Source: Alphaproteobacteria bacterium
Lineage (GTDB): Bacteria; Pseudomonadota; Alphaproteobacteria; UBA828
Length of the DNA: 64,000 nucleotides
Assembly: GCA_965237415.1 (NCBI GenBank)
Contig: CBDEFM010000002.1
Span: 768,001 to 832,000 of the forward strand
Direction: 5' to 3'
Shown: one piece after another, positions 9,598-17,912 of the stretch
Layout: the number at the start of each line of letters is the position of its first letter
Numbering within the stretch: the first letter of the stretch is position 1
Made by a program: the position numbers and the translations under genes
The notes under the pieces: model-generated
What the model was told of the DNA's origin: nothing
What the model saw: only the letters and a program-made list of their open reading frames with translations
Databases searched by the model: none

Positions 9598-10353
9598 TCA
9601 GCTCTCGTCGAGCCAGACCAGATCCCCGCCGATGATGCGGCCTTTGCCGCGATTTTCCTGGACGAGGACGGCGCAGCCGTCGCCCATGCCTTCGGCCGCG
9701 CTTGACAACTCGTCCGGCCCGAGCTCAAAGGTCATGGCGCCGCCGGTCCACCTCCCGATGGGGCGGTAATCGCGCACCACGTTATAATTGACCAACGTGC
9801 GCCCCCGGTTTTCGCCGGCATCGACCGTCGTCGTATGCTGCCGATCGACGGACACAAGCCAGACCGTGGCGTCCCCGTAGTAGCCATCGGAGTGGCCGAT
9901 TTCGACCGTGAGGCGGTCGGACGCGCTTGATGTGAGCGCCACGGCTACCCGCCTCGCTTTCACGGCCTTCGACACGGCGATCGCGTCGGTCACAGCCTGC
10001 TTGTTGGACCCCACCGCATGGCGCGCCCCGTCGATCACGAGCTGGGGTGTGTAAACATAGGCGACGCCGAGAGCACGCGCATACTCCCTCTGCCGCGCCG
10101 TCGTCTCCGCCGTCGCGAACCGATCCTCCCAGCCGATGTAGTCCCAGTAATTGACGTGGAACGAGAGCGCGACCACATCGTCGCGGGTCTCCGCCAACTC
10201 CCCGAGGAATGCGTCAGCAGACGGACACGACGAGCAGCCCTGGGACGTGAACAGTTCCAGGACAACCTTCGGGCTGTCTGCCCGCACCGAGAGCGGCACC
10301 ACGGCGAGGGCCGCGGCGACAAGGATAGCGCCAAGGTTCATTCTCTTAGTCAT
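9598..10353 (-). CDS. DUF1223 thioredoxin-like secreted protein
   Basis: Signal peptide; VLELFTSQGCSSCPSAD, HVNYWDYIGWED, VYTPQLVIDG, GEN.GRTL...NVVR. Confidence 0.9.
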   Translation of the reverse strand: MTKRMNLGAILVAAALAVVPLSVRADSPKVVLELFTSQGCSSCPSADAFLGELAETRDDVVALSFHVNYWDYIGWEDRFATAETTARQREYARALGVAYVYTPQLVIDGARHAVGSNKQAVTDAIAVSKAVKARRVAVALTSSASDRLTVEIGHSDGYYGDATVWLVSVDRQHTTTVDAGENRGRTLVNYNVVRDYRPIGRWTGGAMTFELGPDELSSAAEGMGDGCAVLVQENRGKGRIIGGDLVWLDES

Positions 10354-10428
10354 GGCAGCATCGTAGCACGCCCACGCCTGACGAATTCGCAACGCCAATC
10401 ACATTCGGGTGAGGATAACGGTCGAGCC

Positions 10429-11484
10429 TCAGCCTGCGCGCTCGTCCGCCTCAGGCGGGTATAGCCACGCCTTGGGGCGGCCTTGGGACTTGTCGGCTTC
10501 CACCGCTTCGAGCCCCGGTGCGCGCTGCTTGGTCAGTTTCATCGTGATGTGATCGCCCGAGGTCGTACGACCGTAGCGAGCCGGATTGTCGGCACTGACG
10601 CAACTCGGCAGGCACTCGATCACTGCGTCGTAGTTGGGCTGATGGAAGAAGATCAGCGACTGCCGGTCGAGGTGCGCCTTGTCGCGGGGCGGATTGCCGA
10701 TGCGGTGCATGGTCGAGCGCCAACGGTCGTTGGTCCATTCGGCCATGAGATCGCCGAGGTTGACCGAGAAGCTGTCCGGGAACCAGGGCACGTCTTCCCA
10801 CGCGCCGTCTTCCGTCTGAATCTGCAGGCCCCCCACGGCGGTGTCGCAATGCACCAGCGTGAGGCTGCCGTAGTCGGTATGCGCGCCGCCGCGCAGCTGC
10901 TCCGGGAGCGGCGCCTCCGGCTGAGACGGATAGTAGATGGCGCTGAAATTGGTGATGTGCTCGTCGATCTTGGACTGGAAGAAATCCTCGGGCATGTCGA
11001 GCGCCACGGCGAATATCCGCATCATGTCGGCGGAAAGCCGGGTCATTTCGCGGTAGTAGGCTTCCCAGACCCTGGGCATGTCGTCGGGCCGGTCCGACCA
11101 GATGTTGGGGGCGAAATAGCGCGCGCCGGCCGGGCCGTAGTGATACTCGTCACAGGCGGCATCCACCGGCCCCATGCTGTAGCCCTCCTTCAGGTCTGGC
11201 GGGCCCTCCTCGTCGAGGCTGTAGGCCAGGCTCTCCGTTCCCGGCGGCGTGTAGCCGCGGTAGCGGTCAGCCGGCATCTTGTGCTTCATTTTTTCCCAGT
11301 GGGGCCGCGCGAAGAAGGCGCGCGAGACGGCGTGCATCTCTTCGATGAGCGCGTTCGGCACCCCATGCCCCGCGACCACCAGCCATCCGAACTCGCGGCA
11401 CGCGTCGTCGAGCGCCTCGGCCGTGCGTACCTTGTCGGCCGCCGAGCCGTGGAGGAAGGGTTCGATGTCAATCAGCGGGATCAT
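10429..11484 (-). CDS. isopenicillin N synthase family 2OG-Fe(II) oxygenase
   Basis: IPLIDI, PPDLKE, GAHTDYGSLTL, NLGDLMAEWTNDRWRSTMHR, RQSLIFF. Confidence 0.92.
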   Translation of the reverse strand: MIPLIDIEPFLHGSAADKVRTAEALDDACREFGWLVVAGHGVPNALIEEMHAVSRAFFARPHWEKMKHKMPADRYRGYTPPGTESLAYSLDEEGPPDLKEGYSMGPVDAACDEYHYGPAGARYFAPNIWSDRPDDMPRVWEAYYREMTRLSADMMRIFAVALDMPEDFFQSKIDEHITNFSAIYYPSQPEAPLPEQLRGGAHTDYGSLTLVHCDTAVGGLQIQTEDGAWEDVPWFPDSFSVNLGDLMAEWTNDRWRSTMHRIGNPPRDKAHLDRQSLIFFHQPNYDAVIECLPSCVSADNPARYGRTTSGDHITMKLTKQRAPGLEAVEADKSQGRPKAWLYPPEADERAG

Positions 11485-11578
11485 AAGCCCTCTATCCTCG
11501 TCGCCATTCCGGCGCGATTCCTACACCGACGCCGGGTGTTATGCACCCGCTGCGGGGGTGCGGGGTGCTTTGGCCGAC

Positions 11579-12469
11579 TCAGTTGCGCGTACCGAGAATT
11601 TCGCGAGCCTCCGCAGGCGTCGCGGGCTCCGCCCCCAGCATCCGGATCAAGCACACCGCCTGCTCCACCAGCGCCGCGTTGGAGGGCGCGAGCGTGCCGC
11701 GCTCCAGATAGAGATTGTCCTCCAGCCCCGTGCGGACATGACCGCCACTCAGCACCGAGAGGCCCGCGACGGGAAGCTGGTCGCGCGAGATGCCGAAGGC
11801 AGCCCAGTGGGCGCCGGCCGGCAGCAGGCTCTTCATGTAGGAGAGCGCCTCGGGCGTCGCCGGTGCGCCCCATTCGATCCCGAGGCAGAGCTGGAAGAAG
11901 CCCGGCGCCTCGACATGGCCCTTCTCGATCAGGTTCGCCGCAAGCCGCACGTGGCCCACGTCGAAGACTTCGAGCTCCGGCACGACGCCCCACTCCCGCA
12001 TGGCATCGGCCATATAGCGGAGCTGGGGCGGCGAGTTGATCATGACGCTGTCGTCGCGGATGCCGCCCGAGTTCATGGTCGCCACGTCGAGGCTGCAAAT
12101 CTCTGGCCGCAGCTCGCCGACATGGGCGATCCGCCGCGCCGGCGCAGTGAAGGTGGTGCCCGGGCCGTAGTCGAAGGGATCGTCGACCCCGGGGCTGAGG
12201 CGGGCGCCGTATCCGGTGGTGAGGTTCAGCACGACGTCCGTTTCGCTCTGGCGGATGCGGCCGGCGGTCTCGCGGTAATGGTCGAGCTCCATGCTGGCCT
12301 TCCCGGATTCGCGATCGCGGACGTGAACGTGGACGATCGCGGCACCCGCCTTCGCCGCATCGAGCGCGGACTGCGCGATCTCGGCCGGCGTCACGGGCAC
12401 CGCCGAATTCTTTGTCACGGTGTCCGCCGAGCCCGTCACCGCACAGGTGATGATGACCTTGCGCCCCAT
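11579..12469 (-). CDS. beta-keto acid cleavage enzyme (BKACE/DUF849, Kce/CdhC family)
   Basis: KVIITCAVTG, VPVTPAEIA, AGAAIVHVHVRD, GGHVRTGLEDN. Confidence 0.92.
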   Translation of the reverse strand: MGRKVIITCAVTGSADTVTKNSAVPVTPAEIAQSALDAAKAGAAIVHVHVRDRESGKASMELDHYRETAGRIRQSETDVVLNLTTGYGARLSPGVDDPFDYGPGTTFTAPARRIAHVGELRPEICSLDVATMNSGGIRDDSVMINSPPQLRYMADAMREWGVVPELEVFDVGHVRLAANLIEKGHVEAPGFFQLCLGIEWGAPATPEALSYMKSLLPAGAHWAAFGISRDQLPVAGLSVLSGGHVRTGLEDNLYLERGTLAPSNAALVEQAVCLIRMLGAEPATPAEAREILGTRN

Positions 12470-12636
12470 GTCTCCCCTCTCTCGTACCGCACCGCCGGGG
12501 CGACATGCCCCGCGGGCGATGATGGCACGAATGCCAGCGGCCCGCGACCGTGCGGACCCCGGCCGGACATCTCACCACGGTCACGGCCTGCGTCGCGCCG
12601 CCCGCGATTCGCGCGGTGCGCAAGATTAATTTGTAG

Positions 12637-12706
12637 GTGGGATTTGGCGGGATAAAGCGGGACAAAGCGGGATATAGCGGCACAGAGTGGCACATCGCGG
12701 CACAGG
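12637..12706. repeat. seven tandem degenerate 10-bp repeats
   Basis: GTGGGATTTG GCGGGATAAA GCGGGACAAA GCGGGATATA GCGGCACAGA GTGGCACATC GCGGCACAGG. Confidence 0.85.
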
Positions 12707-12968
12707 CGACGGCCATGCTCGATAGCGGTGGCGACGGCGGCCTCGCGCACGCCCAAGTCGCGCGTGCCTGAAAGGTCACGCGCGCGTCACATAGCATCGT
12801 TCGCGCGGGATAGAGCCGCGCACGCATTCTCATCTCGCATGTCGAGGTCCATTCACTGTTGCACTGCATGACGCAATGCTAATGCAGTCGGCGTGCGCCA
12901 TGCATCGCACCATGGTCCCGGATATCGAGTGAGTCGGGCCAACAGGCCCGGACGGCGCGTCCCAGTGC

Positions 12969-13006
12969 TTGCGCGACACCACGAACGAGAGTAAGTTACA
13001 TGTAAC
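12969..13006 (+). promoter_or_regulatory. promoter and palindromic operator of the TA operon
   Basis: TTGCGC-N17-TAAGTT, overlapped by the perfect palindrome GTTACATGTAAC (12995-13006) just before the antitoxin start. Confidence 0.6.
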
Positions 13007-13023
13007 CTTGGGAAGGACGATCC

Positions 13024-13251
13024 ATGGCGAACACCCCTCAGAGATCGATGGCAGCGCGGGACAAGGTTCGCCGACACCGCGCCCGACTGCGGGAGCAAGG
13101 ACTTCGGCCGCTGCAAGTCTGGGTGCCCGACACCCGCGTGCCGGGCTTCCCGGAGGAAGCACGCAGACAAGCGCTGGCGGTCGCCGTCAGCAGGCACGCC
13201 GAAGCCGATCAGGCCTTTATCGACGCCATCAGCGAGATCGACGCCGGGTGA
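13024..13251 (+). CDS. antitoxin, MazE-like (DUF3018)
   Basis: RDKVRRHRARLREQGLRPLQVWVPDTR..F..EARRQ; GTGA overlap with the toxin. Confidence 0.88.
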   Translation: MANTPQRSMAARDKVRRHRARLREQGLRPLQVWVPDTRVPGFPEEARRQALAVAVSRHAEADQAFIDAISEIDAG

Positions 13252-13577
13252 AACGGGGCGAATTATGGGTCGCGGCGGGCGGCGGCGGCGACACCGGGAA
13301 GCCCCGGCCTGTCGTCATCGTGCAGGACGACCGTTTCGAGGCCACAGGCTCCGTGACCGTCTGCGCCCTGAGCAGCGATCCGACCGATGTCCCGCTGTTT
13401 CGCCTCCTGCTTTCGCCTGATTCAGAGAACGGCCTGCACGAGGACTCTCGTGTCATGGTCGACAAGATCACCACTGTCCGCCGGGAGCGCCTGATCCGGC
13501 GGATCGGCTCCCTCTCCGTCACCGACATGCGACGGATCGACCGGGCGATGCTCGTATTCCTCGGCATCGCCCGATAA
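13248..13577 (+). CDS. PemK/MazF family toxin
   Basis: MKRGELW...GKPRPVVIVQDD.F..T.SVTVC; S.VMVDKITTV. Confidence 0.9.
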   Translation: MKRGELWVAAGGGGDTGKPRPVVIVQDDRFEATGSVTVCALSSDPTDVPLFRLLLSPDSENGLHEDSRVMVDKITTVRRERLIRRIGSLSVTDMRRIDRAMLVFLGIAR

Positions 13578-13677
13578 TGCGTGTCTGCTTGCCGACAGGA
13601 GACGCAGGCCGTGACCGTGCCGAGAAGTCTGCGCTAACAGCGCGCCATCCCGGAGCAGGCCAAGTGCTTTATCTCCT

Positions 13678-14109
13678 TCAATCGTCGAGAAGATTCACGG
13701 TCCGCAGCCCCGGATAGATCGAGAACCCGCGATCCAGAGTCACCCACTCGCAGCCGTGCTCGATAGCGAGCGCCGCGTGGTAGGCATCCGGAAGCCGATT
13801 GCCGGTGAGCCGGAGTGTGACGGCCATGCCGCGGAATATGCGCCAGTGGCCGTCGCCGGGTCGCAACGTCACGCTCCCCGGTTGAGCGAGCAGCGCATCC
13901 ACGAATTCAACGGCCGCATCGTTGGGCGTAGGCGGGTGGAATACCCGGCCGTGGGTCAGTACCCGCAGCACGCCGCTGAGCACGAGTTCCGACAAGGCAA
14001 CGCGTTCCCTGCCCGCCAAGGCATCGACCAGCCATCTGCGGCAACGATCGTGATGGACCGCGTCCTCGCGGAACGCACTCACCAGGACGTTGACATCAGG
14101 GCTCTGCAT
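13678..14109 (-). CDS. vapC: VapC PIN-domain toxin
   Basis: PDVNVLV, LRVLTH.RVF, GN..PDAYHAALAIEHGC..VTLDRGF. Confidence 0.9.
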   Translation of the reverse strand: MQSPDVNVLVSAFREDAVHHDRCRRWLVDALAGRERVALSELVLSGVLRVLTHGRVFHPPTPNDAAVEFVDALLAQPGSVTLRPGDGHWRIFRGMAVTLRLTGNRLPDAYHAALAIEHGCEWVTLDRGFSIYPGLRTVNLLDD

Positions 14110-14335
14110 CCATGAGGGCCTGGAGCGCCGCGTTGTCCGTCAGGTCCACGCCCGGTTGCACGCCATTGCCGCGAAACGTCGGAATGGGCGGTGCGTCGGT
14201 CCTGGCGCCGGACGGGCCAGTCAGATATTCGCGGAGCGCCTGCTCGAAGGTCTCCTTCAAGGTCATGTGCTCTTCCGCCGCACGCGCCTTGACGGCCTTC
14301 AGCAGCGCGTCGTTGACATCGATGCTCGTTCTCAT
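14096..14335 (-). CDS. VapB-type ribbon-helix-helix antitoxin
   Basis: MRTSIDVNDALLKAVKARAAEEHMTLKETFEQALR...GVDLTDNAAL; overlaps the vapC start. Confidence 0.85.
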   Translation of the reverse strand: MRTSIDVNDALLKAVKARAAEEHMTLKETFEQALREYLTGPSGARTDAPPIPTFRGNGVQPGVDLTDNAALQALMDAEP

Positions 14336-14545
14336 ATGTGAACATGTATAGTCAAATATGTTTCCACACAATTCCATTCGGTAAGGATCGCACCAGGCCA
14401 CGACGGGAGCCGTTTCGGATTTTCGCATTCGAATGCAGCCTGCCTCGGTGTCTGCCCGGTTGCCGGACAAGAACGCGCCACATAGTCTAGGCGGCCCCAG
14501 AGAAGGCCGCCTCCGACGAGCGGCCAAGAGAGACGGCAGGCGAAC

Positions 14546-15700
14546 ATGAGCGAGGCGCAGCCGGCGGGGACCGAGATGGGCAATCGCGACGCGGCGCTCG
14601 CCGCCCTTTACGACGATGTCCACCGCGGCCACATGTTCCCCTTCTGGGCGACCACGACCGATGTCGCGCACGACGAGATCAAGCAGCTCATGGGGAGCCG
14701 CGGGCCCGTCCCCTATCTCTGGCGCTACGAGAGCGAGATCGAGCCCCTGCTCCGCCGCACCGCGGAGCTCGTTTCGATGGCGGATTCCGAGCGCCGCTCG
14801 CTGATTCTGGTCAACCCCGGCCTCGCACCCACGCGCGCGACGGTCTCCACCATGTACAGCGCCTACCGGCTCAACGACCCGAACGAGGTGATGCCGCCCC
14901 ATCGCCATTCGCCCAATGCCATTCGCCTCGGGCTCACGGGCACGATGAACTTCACCGGCGTCGAGGGCGAGGACATCGTGTTCGGCCCCGGCGACATGGT
15001 GCTGACGCCCCAGGACACCTGGCACAACCACGGCAACAAGGGCGACGAGCCGGCGGTGAACCTCTCCGTGCTCGACCTGCCGCTGGTGGAGGTGCTGAAC
15101 GCCATCTATTTCGAGCACGACTATAGGGAAGAGCGCGACGGCCGCGAGATCGCCGCCAAGGAGCAGTCCGCCCGCTTCAGCGCCGACTATTCGGCCGAGG
15201 TCTACGGCAGCGGCGGGCTGATGCCCTGCTTCGTGCCGCACGGGCGGGGCAGCGGCACGGGATCGCCGATGTACGTCTATCGCTGGGAGCCGATGCGCGC
15301 GATGCTGGAGGCGCACCGCGATCACGACGGCGACCCCTACGAGGCCCTGATGGTCGAGTATGTGGACCCGACGCGCGGCGGCCCGGTGTTCAGGACGATG
15401 ACCTTCTTCGCGCAAATGCTGAGACCGAGCGAAAAGACGCAGCCTCTCAGGCAGACCGCGAGCCTGCTCGTCTCCCCGCTGGAGGGGCGCGGGCACAGCG
15501 TCGTGGGCGAGACCCGCTTCGACTGGCGGCCCTTCGACACGCTGGCGGTGCCGGGCGGCGAATGGTGCCAGCATGTTAATGAGTCGGAGACAGAGCCCGC
15601 CATCCTCTTCGTGGCGAGCGACCGGCCGGCGCTCACCGCGCTCGGTCACTTCAAGAAATGGGGCCGCGACGGCACGGGCGATACCGTCCGCCTCGTTTGA
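14546..15700 (+). CDS. bicupin ring-cleaving dioxygenase (gentisate 1,2-dioxygenase-like)
   Basis: ERRSLILVNPGL, HRHSPNAIR, GDMVLTP..TWHNHGN, EYVDPTRGGPV..TM. Confidence 0.85.
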   Translation: MSEAQPAGTEMGNRDAALAALYDDVHRGHMFPFWATTTDVAHDEIKQLMGSRGPVPYLWRYESEIEPLLRRTAELVSMADSERRSLILVNPGLAPTRATVSTMYSAYRLNDPNEVMPPHRHSPNAIRLGLTGTMNFTGVEGEDIVFGPGDMVLTPQDTWHNHGNKGDEPAVNLSVLDLPLVEVLNAIYFEHDYREERDGREIAAKEQSARFSADYSAEVYGSGGLMPCFVPHGRGSGTGSPMYVYRWEPMRAMLEAHRDHDGDPYEALMVEYVDPTRGGPVFRTMTFFAQMLRPSEKTQPLRQTASLLVSPLEGRGHSVVGETRFDWRPFDTLAVPGGEWCQHVNESETEPAILFVASDRPALTALGHFKKWGRDGTGDTVRLV

Positions 15701-15746
15701 GGCGAGCAAGCCAGTGGCGGCGTCTACCAGAGGGAGAACCACGGAC

Positions 15747-16670
15747 ATGACCACGGCAGCGGTGATCGGCTTGGGCACGATGGGGCCCGGCATGGCGGCG
15801 ACTCTCGCGCGCGGCGGGCTCACGGTGCGCGCCTTCGATACGGAGGCGGCTCAGCTCGAGAAGGCGCCGGGCACCGCCGGTATGGCGCTCGGCGTGCTGG
15901 AGAAGCTGGGTATGCCGGACCGCGGCGGGGCCGATGCGATCAGCTATCACGACACGCTGGCCGACGCCGTCGCCGGTTGTGATCTCGTGCTGGAGAGCGT
16001 GCCGGAGAAGGCCGATATCAAGCGCGCGGTGTTCGCGGACCTCGACAAGCTGGTGTCGAAGGACTGCATCCTCGCCTCCAACACTTCGGGTATTCCGGTG
16101 ACGACGCTGCAGGAGGGCAACTCGGCGCCGGGCCGGGTCGTCGGCATGCACTGGTCGAACCCGCCCTTCATCATTCCGGTCATCGAGGTCATCGCCGGGG
16201 CCGACACATCGCAGGCCACGGTCGACTGGATGGTCCAGGCAATCAAGGACCTCAATCTGTTGCCGGTGGTGGTCAAGAAGGACGTGCCGGGCTTCGTCGA
16301 GAACCGCATCCTCTACGCGATCATGCGCGAGGCGTGCGACCTGGTGGAGAACGGCGTGATCGAGCCGGAGGGCCTCGATACCTGCGTCTCCTGGGGCATC
16401 GGCTACAAGCTCGCCGTGGTCGGGCCGATGTCGCTGCTCGACATGGCCGGCCTCGACATCTACCAGGCGGTGGGCAGCTACCTGAACGCCGACCTCTGCA
16501 ACCGCGACGACGTGAGCGGCTACATCACGGAGAGAACCGAAAAGGGCGACCTCGGCATGAAGACCGGGACCGGAATCTTCTCTTACACGCCGGACGACAT
16601 CAAAGCCCTGCAGGGCAAGCGGGCCGGCCAGCTCGTCGCTGTCCGCCGCGCGCTCGAGGGCCGCTCGTAG
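15747..16670 (+). CDS. 3-hydroxyacyl-CoA dehydrogenase family; closely resembles 5-formyl-3-hydroxy-2-methylpyridine-4-carboxylate (FHMPC) dehydrogenase of vitamin B6 degradation
   Basis: IGLGTMGPGMAATLARGG, GMHWSNPP, VVKKDVPGFVENR, LDTCVSWGIGYK and LVAVRRALEGR match my recollection of the Mesorhizobium loti enzyme. Confidence 0.75.
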   Translation: MTTAAVIGLGTMGPGMAATLARGGLTVRAFDTEAAQLEKAPGTAGMALGVLEKLGMPDRGGADAISYHDTLADAVAGCDLVLESVPEKADIKRAVFADLDKLVSKDCILASNTSGIPVTTLQEGNSAPGRVVGMHWSNPPFIIPVIEVIAGADTSQATVDWMVQAIKDLNLLPVVVKKDVPGFVENRILYAIMREACDLVENGVIEPEGLDTCVSWGIGYKLAVVGPMSLLDMAGLDIYQAVGSYLNADLCNRDDVSGYITERTEKGDLGMKTGTGIFSYTPDDIKALQGKRAGQLVAVRRALEGRS

Positions 16671-16686
16671 CGGGCGGCGCAGCACC

Positions 16687-17817
16687 ATGGCTGACGCCCA
16701 CCGGACCCGCCGGCTCGCCCATATCGACTGCCCCGGCGGCGGGCAGGTCTGGGTCGACGGCACCACGCTCTATATCGGCCACATGCGCTGGCCGTCGGGG
16801 ACCACCATCGTCGACGTGGCCGACCCTGCGAACCCGCGCACGCTCGCCCGGATCGAGCTGCCGGAGGGCTGGCACTCGCACAAGGTCCGCGCCGCAAACG
16901 GCGTGATGCTCGTCAATCACGAGCGCCTCGGCGGCGGGAACGGCGCCGACGGGTTCGGCGGCGGGCTCGGCATCTACGATGTCTCGAACCCCGAGAAGCC
17001 GCAGCTCATCACCAAGTGGCGCACGGCCGGCAAGGGCGTGCACCGCTTCACCTTCGACGGGCGCTACGCCTACATCTCACCGACGGTCGAGGGCTACGTC
17101 GGCAATATCGCGATGATCCTCGATCTCGCCGATCCGACGCAGCCTGAAGAGGTGGGCCGCTGGTGGATTCCCGGCCAATGGCAGGCGGGCGGCGAGGAGT
17201 ATCCCTGGGCCGACTGGGTGGCGCCCCGCTGCCATCATCCGCTCCGGCTCGGCGACCGGCTCTATGTGAGCTATTGGCACCACGGCCTCTTCATCCTCGA
17301 CATCGAGGACATGACGCGGCCGAAACACATCGCGGGCGTCAACACCAGCCCGGCCTTCCCGCACCCGACCCACACCTGCCTGCCCTTTCCGCACCGGCTC
17401 AAGGGCCGGCACATCATGGTGGTGGCCGACGAGGACGTGGCGAAGCTCTGGCCCTCGCCGCCGGCCTTCGCCTGGGTCTACGACATCACCGACGAGCACT
17501 GCCCGATCCCGATCAGCACGATCCACGTCGACGGCGTCGATCAGGACGGCAGCCCCCAGCCCGACATGACCGGCTGCCATCAGCCTTCGGACAGGTTCGT
17601 GGGCGATGTCGTGCCCTTCGCCTGGTTCGCGCAGGGGCTCCGCCTCGTGGATGTGTCCGACCCGTTCGCGCCGTGCGAGGTCGCACGCTACGTCCCCGAC
17701 CCCCCCGAGGGGTACGAGCGCGCTTCCTCCAACGACGTGACGGTGGACGATCGCGGCCTCATCTACCTGATCGACCGCCAACGGGGCGTCGACATCATCG
17801 AGACGGACGCCCTCTGA
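16687..17817 (+). CDS. LVIVD-repeat beta-propeller protein, His-rich
   Basis: Repeated IVDVADP, IYDVSNP, ILDLADP and LVDVSDP units; many His residues (HSHK, CHH, PTHT, GCHQ). Confidence 0.8.
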   Translation: MADAHRTRRLAHIDCPGGGQVWVDGTTLYIGHMRWPSGTTIVDVADPANPRTLARIELPEGWHSHKVRAANGVMLVNHERLGGGNGADGFGGGLGIYDVSNPEKPQLITKWRTAGKGVHRFTFDGRYAYISPTVEGYVGNIAMILDLADPTQPEEVGRWWIPGQWQAGGEEYPWADWVAPRCHHPLRLGDRLYVSYWHHGLFILDIEDMTRPKHIAGVNTSPAFPHPTHTCLPFPHRLKGRHIMVVADEDVAKLWPSPPAFAWVYDITDEHCPIPISTIHVDGVDQDGSPQPDMTGCHQPSDRFVGDVVPFAWFAQGLRLVDVSDPFAPCEVARYVPDPPEGYERASSNDVTVDDRGLIYLIDRQRGVDIIETDAL

Positions 17818-17912
17818 CCCACCGTGGCGTCTAATACTGATTCGGGCTAGGGTCGCGCCCGCTTGGCGGCCGAAACCGCCGGGTGCAGCGCGTAGATCAC
17901 GGCGGGAGCGCC

